A stretch of DNA of 32,000 bases from Geotalea uraniireducens Rf4. GTDB lineage: Bacteria; Desulfobacterota; Desulfuromonadia; Geobacterales; Geobacteraceae. A program made the translations under genes and the position numbers. The first letter of the stretch is position 1. Every line of letters starts with the position of its first letter. The stretch lies in contig NC_009483.1 of assembly GCF_000016745.1 (NCBI RefSeq), positions 180,001-212,000 on the forward strand. The letters run 5' to 3'. The notes beneath the pieces are model-generated. The model saw nothing but the letters and a program-made list of their open reading frames with translations, did not search any database and had not been told where the DNA came from. Of this stretch, positions 24,697 to 31,920 are shown in pieces.

Positions 24697-26694
24697 TTAT
24701 AACGCTTCTATCATCGCCACGATCTGTTCATCGGTATAGCCGTCCAGCTCCACCGATTTGGACGGGCAGGTGGCCTGGCAGGTGCCGCAGCCGCCGCAGA
24801 CGCCGGGGTTGACGTAGGCCACGACTCTTATCAGGTTGCCGTTTCTGTCCCTGATCTCCTTTTCCTCTACCGCGCCGTAGGGGCAGACCTTCTTGCAGTA
24901 GAAGCAGGCGACGCAATTTTTCTCGTTCACCTTGGCGACGATCGGCTCTCTTTCGAGCTCGTCCCTGGAGAAGAGGGTCATCACCTTGGCTGCGGCGGCA
25001 CTCGCCTGGGAGACGGTGTCGGGGATATCTTTCGGCCCCTGGCAGGCGCCGGCGAGATAAATTCCGGCTGTGGCGCATTCAACGGGGCGGAGTTTGGCGT
25101 GGGCCTCGGAGTAGAAGTTGTACTTGTCGTAGGAGATCCCCAGCTTCTGGGCCAGGGTGTCGGCGCCTTGCCTTGGCTGGACCGCGGTGGCCAGGACTAC
25201 CAGATCCGCCTCGATCTCCACCTGGACCCCGACCGAGATGTCGCTCCCCATGACCACGACCTTGTCCCCCTTCTGGTAGAGGCGGGAGACCATGCCGCGG
25301 ATGTAGCCCGCTTCTTCTTCCTCCACGGCCCGCCGCCAGAACTCGTCGTATCCCTTGCCCGGTGTTCTCGCGTCCATGAAGAAGACATAGGCCTGGCCGT
25401 CGTGCACCTTGTGCTTGTAGAGCATGGTGTGCTTGGCGGTGTACATGCAGCAGATCTTGGAGCAGTAGGAGATCCCCTTTTCCCTGGCGCGGGAGCCGAC
25501 GCATTGGATGAAGACCACCTGTTTCGGTTCCTTGCCGTCTGAGGGGCGGAGGATCTTGCCGCCGGTGGGGCCGGATGCCGAGGCGAGCCGCTCGAAGGTC
25601 ATGCCGTCGATGACGTCGGGGATCTTGCCGTGGCCGAATTCGCCATACCCCTTGATCGGGGAGCCCTTGGGCTTTTCGGTGATGTCGTAGAGCTCGAAGC
25701 CGGTGGCGACGACGATGGCCCCGACCTTTTCCACGATGAGTTCATCTTCCTGGGTGTAGTCAACGGCTCCGGGGCCGCAGACCTTCTGGCAGACCCCGCA
25801 CTTGCCGGTCTTGAACCAGGTGCAGTTCTCCCGGTCGATGACCGGGGTGTTGGGGACGGCCTGGGGGAAGGGGACGTAGATGGCGGGGCGCATTCCCATA
25901 TTCCGGTCAAAGGCGTTGGGGATCTTCTTCTGCGGGCACTTGGCCATGCAGATCCCGCAGCCGGTGCACTTGGCCATGTCGACGCTGCGGGCCTTCTTCT
26001 TGATGGTGATCTGGAAGTTGCCGATGTAGCCGTCGACGTTCTCGATCTCGCTGTAGGTATGAAGGGTGATGTTCGGGTGGTTGGCCACGTCGACCATCTT
26101 CGGGGTCATGATGCACTGGGAGCAGTCCAGGGTCGGGAAGGTCTCGGAGAGCTGGGCCATGTGGCCGCCGATGGAGGGCTCCCGCTCGACCAGCACCACC
26201 TGGTGGCCGGCGTCGGCGATGTCCAGGGCTGCCTGGATGCCGGCGATGCCGCCGCCGATGACGAGCGACCTTTTGGTGATCGGGACGGTGATGGGTGCAA
26301 GTTTCTTGTCCTTCTTCACCCGCTCGACCAGCATGGCGACGATCTCGCTCGCCTTGGCCGTGGCTTCTTCCCGGTCCTCGTGGACCCAGGAGCAGTGCTC
26401 GCGGATGTTGGCCATCTCGCACAAAAAGGGGTTCAGACCCGCGCTCTGGGCAGCTTTCCTGAAGGTCTTCTCGTGCATCCGCGGGGAGCAGGCGGCAACG
26501 ACGATGCCGTCGAGATTGTGCTCGGCAACGGCCTTTTTGAGCAGGTTTTGCCCCGGGTCGGAGCACATGTACTTGTAGTCGGTGGCAAAAGCGACGCCGG
26601 AGAGCGCTCCCGCTTCCCGGGCTACCCGTTCCACGTCAACGGTTCTGGATATGTTTTCACCACAGTGGCAGACGAATACGCCGATTCTGGACAT
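24697..26694 (-). CDS. hdrA: Heterodisulfide reductase subunit A (flavoprotein, multiple [4Fe-4S])
   Basis: N-terminal VFVCHCGENI cluster, FAD fold VIGGGIAGIQAALDIADAG, and ferredoxin motifs CTGCGICMAKCP, CGVCQKVCGP, CVACFYCKKVCP and CGGCGTCQATCP. AGGAA lies upstream. Confidence 0.92.
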   Translation of the reverse strand: MSRIGVFVCHCGENISRTVDVERVAREAGALSGVAFATDYKYMCSDPGQNLLKKAVAEHNLDGIVVAACSPRMHEKTFRKAAQSAGLNPFLCEMANIREHCSWVHEDREEATAKASEIVAMLVERVKKDKKLAPITVPITKRSLVIGGGIAGIQAALDIADAGHQVVLVEREPSIGGHMAQLSETFPTLDCSQCIMTPKMVDVANHPNITLHTYSEIENVDGYIGNFQITIKKKARSVDMAKCTGCGICMAKCPQKKIPNAFDRNMGMRPAIYVPFPQAVPNTPVIDRENCTWFKTGKCGVCQKVCGPGAVDYTQEDELIVEKVGAIVVATGFELYDITEKPKGSPIKGYGEFGHGKIPDVIDGMTFERLASASGPTGGKILRPSDGKEPKQVVFIQCVGSRAREKGISYCSKICCMYTAKHTMLYKHKVHDGQAYVFFMDARTPGKGYDEFWRRAVEEEEAGYIRGMVSRLYQKGDKVVVMGSDISVGVQVEIEADLVVLATAVQPRQGADTLAQKLGISYDKYNFYSEAHAKLRPVECATAGIYLAGACQGPKDIPDTVSQASAAAAKVMTLFSRDELEREPIVAKVNEKNCVACFYCKKVCPYGAVEEKEIRDRNGNLIRVVAYVNPGVCGGCGTCQATCPSKSVELDGYTDEQIVAMIEAL

Positions 26695-26707
26695 GCATCA
26701 ATTCCTT

Positions 26708-26848
26708 GTAGGGGCGGGGTCTTCCCGCCCTTATTTATCGTTGTTCCGGCAGGGCGGGGGTCCGTCCTTTTTTCGCATTGTTCCGGCAGGGCGGGGGTCC
26801 GTCCTTTTTTCGCATTGTTCCAACAGGGCGGGGAAACCCCGCCCCTAC
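26708..26848. repeat. 37-bp direct repeat x2.5 bracketed by a 12-nt GC-rich inverted repeat, hdrB/hdrA gap
   Basis: GTAGGGGCGGGG (26708-26719) is complementary to CCCCGCCCCTAC (26837-26848), which overlaps the hdrB stop. TTGTTCCGGCAGGGCGGGGGTCCGTCCTTTTTTCGCA occurs identically at 26741-26777 and 26778-26814, followed by a partial copy at 26815-26833. Local GC hairpins sit at both ends. Confidence 0.95.
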
Positions 26849-27732
26849 AGTAGGTTCTTTTCTTTTAATAACGGCAAGGGACTGACCATCATGCTGTCGA
26901 AGCCGAGTTTGGCTGCTGGAACCCCGGCGGCCAGGGCCAGGAGCTGGGTCATGTAGAAGACCGGCATGTTGTAACGGGTGCCGGTGGCCTCTTCGATCTC
27001 CTTCTGGCGGATGTCCAGGTTGCCGTGGCAAAGCGGACAGGCGACCATGAGGCAGTCGGCGCCGGCCGCTTTGGCCGAGGCGAGGATGTCGCCCGAAAGC
27101 TTCAATACCACGCCGGGGCGCGACAGGGTGAAGTTGGCGCCGCAGCACTCGAGCCGGTGGCTCCAGGCGACGGTCTCGGCTCCGGTGGCGCCGATGACCC
27201 GCTCCATGATGGTCGGGGCTTCGGTGCAGTCCAGTTCCGGCACTTCTGGGGGCCGGGTGAGGAGGCAGCCGTAGTAGCAGGCTACCTTGAGGCCGGAGAG
27301 GGGCTTTTGCACCGCTTCCTGGAGTTGCTCCAGGCCGTAGTCTTTGGCCAGGATCTCCAGCAGGTGCTTGACCTTCTTCTCCGGTACGCTGCCGGCAATG
27401 GCGTGCTCCACCTGCTTGCGCTTCTCCGGGTTGTCGGCCAGTCTGTGCTGGGTGGTCTTGAGTCTGGAGAAGCAGGCGGCGCAGGCGACTGCCAGGTCCC
27501 CCTTGACTTCGTCGGCCAGGGAGAGGTTCTTGGCGCACAGGGAGAGCGACAACAGTTCGTCCACGTTGTGGGCCGGGGTGGCGCCGCAGCAGAGCCAGTC
27601 CGGCACTTCCTTGAGACCGATCTTCAGCGCCTTGAACAGACCGCGGGTGGATATGTCGTACTCCTTGCCCGAGGCGTGCAGTGAGCAGCCGGGATAGTAG
27701 GAGTAGGTGAGTTTTGAGTTTGTAGAGTTCAT
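26845..27732 (-). CDS. hdrB: Heterodisulfide reductase subunit B (two CCG domains)
   Basis: YYPGCSLH, DWLCCGATPAH and RLECCGANF motifs. The ATG at 27732 (MNSTNSKLTYSYYPGC) is preferred over 27846, which would add a 38-aa NS(I/K) repeat. No SD is visible for either start. Confidence 0.85.
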   Translation of the reverse strand: MNSTNSKLTYSYYPGCSLHASGKEYDISTRGLFKALKIGLKEVPDWLCCGATPAHNVDELLSLSLCAKNLSLADEVKGDLAVACAACFSRLKTTQHRLADNPEKRKQVEHAIAGSVPEKKVKHLLEILAKDYGLEQLQEAVQKPLSGLKVACYYGCLLTRPPEVPELDCTEAPTIMERVIGATGAETVAWSHRLECCGANFTLSRPGVVLKLSGDILASAKAAGADCLMVACPLCHGNLDIRQKEIEEATGTRYNMPVFYMTQLLALAAGVPAAKLGFDSMMVSPLPLLKEKNLL

Positions 27733-27873
27733 AGAGTTCTTTGAGTTCTTTGAGTTTATTGAGTTCTTTGAGTTTATTGAGTTTATTGAGTTCTTTGAGT
27801 TTATTGAGTTTATTGAGTTTATTGAGTTACATGGGTTCAACACCATAACTCATCGAACTCATAAAACTCATAA
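27709..27873. repeat. 9-bp microsatellite (GAGTTYWTT) x13 facing three inverted 9-mers, hdrC/hdrB junction
   Basis: Thirteen 9-mers span 27716-27832: GAGTTTATT x6, GAGTTCTTT x4 and three variants. A 7-nt partial unit sits at 27709. AACTCATCG and AACTCATAA x2 lie at 27847-27873. Confidence 0.95.
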
Positions 27874-28446
27874 AACGGTTTTCCGCATCTCTTCGATCCG
27901 GTTGAAGATATTTTCAATCTCGGTGATGTTCTTGTTTTTGGAGTGGAACATTTTAAGCTTCCCCCGGGAGAGGAGCTTGGGGCCGAGCAGCAGGTCCTTC
28001 AGGAACTGCCCGCTCTTGACGTTGAACACGGCGCCGAGCCGCATCTCGTACTGGCGGCCGTAGGTTTTTATGTTCTCGATGAAGAGCCGGTTGGCGAGCT
28101 GGACATAGCTCTCCTTGGAGGGGCCGTTGGCGTCCCAGGAGAGTTTGCGCAGCGCATCCATGATCGCTGCCAGGTCCACCTTGTTGGGGCAGCGGGTGGA
28201 GCAGGTCTCGCACGAGGCGCAGTACCAGATGGATCGACCGGCCAGAATCCGCTCCCACTGGCCGAGCTGCAACAGGCGCATGATCCGGTTGGGCGGGTGT
28301 TCCATGAAGCTTCGCATGGGGCAGCCGGCCGTGCACTTGCCGCACTGGAAACAGCGCCGTACCGAACTGCCGGAGAGGGACTCCACCTTGCGAACGAAGT
28401 CGAGGTTCATCGTTTCGGTGGAGAGTGTCATCTTGGTGTGCTTCAT
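27868..28446 (-). CDS. hdrC: Heterodisulfide reductase subunit C (2x[4Fe-4S])
   Basis: CFQCGKCTAGCP and CASCETCSTRCP. AAGGA lies 7 nt upstream of the ATG. Confidence 0.88.
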   Translation of the reverse strand: MKHTKMTLSTETMNLDFVRKVESLSGSSVRRCFQCGKCTAGCPMRSFMEHPPNRIMRLLQLGQWERILAGRSIWYCASCETCSTRCPNKVDLAAIMDALRKLSWDANGPSKESYVQLANRLFIENIKTYGRQYEMRLGAVFNVKSGQFLKDLLLGPKLLSRGKLKMFHSKNKNITEIENIFNRIEEMRKTVL

Positions 28447-28787
28447 TGAAATTCCTTTCCCTCTTCATTGACGGGATGACAAAAAGCCCATGACGATAGC
28501 GACTGCTGATGAAAAGGAGAGGGCTTTTTATTTACACTAAATTATTGCTGTGATATTGCCTGATATATAAGAGTAATTAATCTACGCTTTTAATAATACT
28601 AAAAATTGATAACATATGACGACATATTTTGTCAACATATACGTTTAATGGCGGCATCCGCACAGCGCGTCAGTTGAAGCATACCGGGTCAGGGCCGCCA
28701 CTAAAAACAGCGGCGGATTTTGCCTGCTCCCTCTCGGATTGACGGCTCAATATGCCCTATATCTCATAAAGTGGCGCCGTTTCAGCC

Positions 28788-30923
28788 TTAATCCTCCAGC
28801 TGTTCGGCCAGCAGTTCCACGGTGTGCCGTACTCTGATGTCGGCGCCGTCCTGGTCCATGCCACCCCTGATCTGCATGACGCAACCGGGGCAGTCCATGG
28901 CTACGACCGGCGCACCGGTCTCCTTGATGTTCGTCAGTTTGCGCTGCAGGATCGGGGCTGATATCTCCGGCAGCTTGATTGAGTAGGAACCGCCCATGCC
29001 GCAGCAGGTATCGCACTCGAACATTTCGGTCAGCTCGTATCCCACCTTGTTCAACAGTTCCCTCGGTTCTTCGGACACATGCAGCGTCCTCTTCAGGTGG
29101 CAGGAGTCGTGATAGGTTACCTTGCCGAGTTTTCGGCCTTCTTTCAGGGTCAGGCGCCCCTCATCCACCAGCTTTTTGACCAGGGAGGAAAAGTCGACCG
29201 TTTTCCCGGCCAGTTCCTTTGCCCGGGGCATCCATTCGGTCTGCCCGAGGCTTTCAAAGGTGCTGATGAATTCATGGGCTAACGCTACCGTGCAGGTCGG
29301 ACAGGCTGAAATGACATACTGCACATCCTCGCTCAGGAGGGCCTTGATGTTGTCGATGGCATTCTTTTCAGCTACCTCATAGGCCCCGCTGTAGCGGGCG
29401 GGAGCACCGCAGCAGGTCTGCTCCTCCGGGAATACCACCTCGATACCGGCCTTGTTGAGAATCTTGACCAGTGCTTCTCCCATCTCCGGATAGGCAAAGT
29501 CGATCAGGCAGCCGGCATAAAAGGCGGCCTTTTCTTTCAGTTTAGGCTGCTTGATCTTTTTGAACCGGTCCCTGAACGGCTCCGCGGCAATGGCGGGCAG
29601 GCTGCGGCCGTCGGTGAGATCTGCCAGGAACAGCGGCAGGTGGCGGAGGAACTTGCCCGAAGTAAGCGGCTTGCCGGCTATCGAGGCCGCCCGCAGCATG
29701 CCGTGGAAAAGCCTGCGGTTGTTAACCACGCGGTAGATCGCTTTTTGCAGCAGTGGCAGCCCCTCTTTTTGCACCAGGCGCCGCCTGATCTCCATAATCA
29801 GCTCGGGAATATCGATTTTGCCCGGGCAGATCTCCTTGCAGTTGCCGCACTGGATGCAGAGACCCTGAATCTCCTCGGATTTCTTCAGTTCATCGAACCA
29901 GGCGGTGAGAATGGTGCCGATGCCGCCGGTATAGATCTTGCCGAAAACGTGACCGCCGACGAGGCGGAAGACCGGACAAACGTTCAGGCATGAGCCGCAT
30001 CTGATGCACTGCATAGCCTGTTTGAATTTGGGGTCGTTCGCCATCTCGGTCCTGCGGTTGTCCATGAGGATGATGTGCAGGTCTTTCATGGAGCCGTCGG
30101 TGTTGGGTGCCGGACCGGTGATGATCGAGACATAGCTGGTCAGGAGCTGGGCCGTGGCGCTCCGCGGCAGTGCCGTTAACACAGGGACGACATCGGCAAA
30201 TTTTTCAACGAACTTTTCGATGCCGACCAGGGCAATATGGATCTTCGGCAGGGTGGTGACCATCCTGGCGTTACCCTCGTTGGTAACGAGGACGATGCTC
30301 CCGGTTTCGGCAACCGCGATATTCCCGCCGGTGATGCCCATGTCTGCTGCCAGGAACTTGGAGCGCAGTTCTTTGCGGGCCACCTCGACCAGTCTCGGGA
30401 TGTCGGTGGTCAGGCGCTCATTGACCTCCTTGCTGAAGAGATCGGAAACCTCCTCCTTGGTCATATGGATGGCGGGCATGACCATGTGCGATGGTGTCTG
30501 ACCGGCCAACTGGATGATCCATTCTCCCAGGTCCGTTTCCCCGACCGCGATGCCTGCCTTTTCCAGATAACTGTTGAGATGAATCTCTTCCGTGGCCATG
30601 GACTTGGATTTGACCACGGTTTTAACGTTGTTTTCTTTGGCAACCTTGAGGATGTATTCCTTGACCTTTTCTGGGTCGTTGGTTTGGAAAACCTTGGCGC
30701 CAAGGGCTTCGGCGTTCCGGGTGAAAGCGGCCGCCATCAGGTCCAGATGTGATGCGGCATGGGACTTCCGCTCGGCGATGGTGGTCCGCAGCACCTCGAA
30801 GTCGATCCCCTCATAGGCCTTGGCGCGGTTGACCTTGTAGGCCTCGGAAAATTTTCCGAGCGCTCCCGTGAGGTTGGCATTGTTGACAGCCCTGTCGATG
30901 GATTCCTTGAAATCACTTTTCAT
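28788..30923 (-). CDS. Fused LutB-LutA-type lactate-utilisation Fe-S oxidoreductase (LUD domain + 2x[4Fe-4S] + two CCG domains)
   Basis: The N-terminus is LUD/DUF162-like. Ferredoxin motifs are CIRCGSCLNVCP and CIQCGNCKEICP. The C-terminal CCG motifs are EQTCCGAPARY and CDTCCGMGGSY. At 711 aa it is about the summed length of separate LutB and LutA. The start overlaps the lutC stop (ATGA). Confidence 0.8.
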   Translation of the reverse strand: MKSDFKESIDRAVNNANLTGALGKFSEAYKVNRAKAYEGIDFEVLRTTIAERKSHAASHLDLMAAAFTRNAEALGAKVFQTNDPEKVKEYILKVAKENNVKTVVKSKSMATEEIHLNSYLEKAGIAVGETDLGEWIIQLAGQTPSHMVMPAIHMTKEEVSDLFSKEVNERLTTDIPRLVEVARKELRSKFLAADMGITGGNIAVAETGSIVLVTNEGNARMVTTLPKIHIALVGIEKFVEKFADVVPVLTALPRSATAQLLTSYVSIITGPAPNTDGSMKDLHIILMDNRRTEMANDPKFKQAMQCIRCGSCLNVCPVFRLVGGHVFGKIYTGGIGTILTAWFDELKKSEEIQGLCIQCGNCKEICPGKIDIPELIMEIRRRLVQKEGLPLLQKAIYRVVNNRRLFHGMLRAASIAGKPLTSGKFLRHLPLFLADLTDGRSLPAIAAEPFRDRFKKIKQPKLKEKAAFYAGCLIDFAYPEMGEALVKILNKAGIEVVFPEEQTCCGAPARYSGAYEVAEKNAIDNIKALLSEDVQYVISACPTCTVALAHEFISTFESLGQTEWMPRAKELAGKTVDFSSLVKKLVDEGRLTLKEGRKLGKVTYHDSCHLKRTLHVSEEPRELLNKVGYELTEMFECDTCCGMGGSYSIKLPEISAPILQRKLTNIKETGAPVVAMDCPGCVMQIRGGMDQDGADIRVRHTVELLAEQLED

Positions 30924-31474
30924 TCGGCAACTCCATCCAGCTCATCGATAAAGACGATGACCAGTCGCTTCGGGCCATGCACGCCGATGGTGAGTACGCG
31001 CTCGATGTCGGCAGTCCGGCTCGGCCCGGTGATAAAGGCGATGTACCTGCTTGTCTCGGGGGTGATCCTGCTGAAGACTGCGGTTTTATCGGGCAGGATC
31101 CTGTCTGTCCCGATCAGGGTGATATGGATGACAGGCAGGGTTGCTGCCAGCCTCTGCTCGACAGCGGTCTGGTCCGCCACCAGTGAGCCGGTATCCGTTA
31201 AGGCCCAGCCCGCCTCGCTGATGCCGATCCTGGAATCAGCGGCTGTCTGGCGGCTGACGTTAAAGCTGAGCCCGGGAACTTTCCCGCTAAGCTGCGCAGT
31301 GTCGATACCGGTCAAAAACGGGCCGTTGGCCCAGACCGCATAGGATTGCGGCGCATCGGCCGTACCTTCCTGCTGCAGGAACGTCAGGATGAAGCCGAGA
31401 GCATCTCCCCTGGTTCTGAAGCGATGTACCTCTGCGCCAACCCCCTCTGCCCTGAGCTTGAATTGTTCATACAT
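30920..31474 (-). CDS. lutC: LutC/YkgG-like LUD-domain protein
   Basis: 184 aa, of LUD-type size and composition. It is translationally coupled to the LutB-like gene. Confidence 0.65.
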   Translation of the reverse strand: MYEQFKLRAEGVGAEVHRFRTRGDALGFILTFLQQEGTADAPQSYAVWANGPFLTGIDTAQLSGKVPGLSFNVSRQTAADSRIGISEAGWALTDTGSLVADQTAVEQRLAATLPVIHITLIGTDRILPDKTAVFSRITPETSRYIAFITGPSRTADIERVLTIGVHGPKRLVIVFIDELDGVAE

Positions 31475-31594
31475 GGAGTATTGCCCCCTTTTTATTTTCG
31501 CACTTCGAGATAAACATTCTATTGGTCGTATTTAATTTAAAAGGCTGTAAAGCGTCAGAACAAAATCCGGGTTCACAGCACTGCTAAAGTTAAG

Positions 31595-31609
31595 CCAATG
31601 TTTCATTGG
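31595..31609. promoter_or_regulatory. Perfect 6-3-6 palindrome CCAATG-TTT-CATTGG (candidate operator)
   Basis: Read directly in the lutC/permease divergent intergenic region. Confidence 0.35.
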
Positions 31610-31771
31610 TGTAGGAAAGGCGTTTTAATTCGGGGCCTGTCGCTTTGGTGAATCGTGCTGATCTAACGCCTGCTTATACCATGATTGCAAAATGTATAAC
31701 CACATTACATATTACCATAAACGTCTTAACTCTCCTTGTCAACAGAGTTTTTGAGGGTAAGCAAAAAACAC

Positions 31772-31810
31772 TTGACAGGGTTTTGGTAAAAATAGTAATT
31801 GGTAATACAA
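31772..31810 (+). promoter_or_regulatory. Candidate promoter for the permease, with an overlapping FadR/GntR-type site
   Basis: TTGACA (31772-31777), a 16-nt spacer, then AGTAAT (31794-31799). TGGTAATACAA (31800-31810) fits the TnGTnnnACnA pattern immediately downstream. Confidence 0.35.
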
Positions 31811-31920
31811 CTTTGCAGAACTCGATTTTATTTTACGATATACAGATTAATAAAACATCGAACAGATAGCCGCACTGCTCAGGAATTGAAGTCCGGTAAT
31901 TTTACCTAAAGGAGAAACGT

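Noticed and set aside
24160-24812. ORFs translating the heptamer array (SNLEPRT repeats, EVRGSRF repeats)
   Set aside because: A 7-nt unit cycles through all three frames, so any frame stays open by construction. These are artefacts of the microsatellite, not genes.
25630-26853. 407-aa plus-strand ORF opposite hdrA, plus several 60-220 aa ORFs in other frames
   Set aside because: It is an antisense shadow of hdrA with G/D/A/L/V low-complexity composition and no SD.
27733-27846. 38-aa NS(I/K)n N-terminal extension of HdrB from the ATG at 27846, and the plus-strand FEFIEF ORF 27707-28063
   Set aside because: The open frame is a by-product of the 9-bp repeat. As I remember them, HdrB proteins begin about 10 residues before YYPGC. 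No SD is present. The extension cannot be fully excluded, so it is also flagged under findings.
24573-27873. CRISPR array hypothesis for the repeat arrays
   Set aside because: The units are 7-9 nt (or 37 bp x2.5) and directly contiguous, with no unique spacers. No cas genes are present.
28695-28716. Hairpin CCGCCACT-AAAAAC-AGCGGCGG downstream of the lutB-lutA stop, as a possible terminator
   Set aside because: On the minus strand the 8-bp stem includes a G·U pair and is not followed by a U-tract. This is insufficient to call a terminator.
31645-31869. 74-aa plus-strand ORF in the lutC/permease intergenic region
   Set aside because: It has a GTG start without an SD. It lies in AT-rich promoter DNA, overlaps the candidate promoter, and is Ile/Asn/Thr/Leu-rich as expected from AT bias.
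28447-31920. GEMM-type (c-di-GMP/cGAMP) or other riboswitch in the long leaders upstream of hdrC and the permease
   Set aside because: I could not recognise the conserved GEMM core or any other riboswitch consensus by eye. A covariance-model scan (Rfam/Infernal) would be needed to exclude one.
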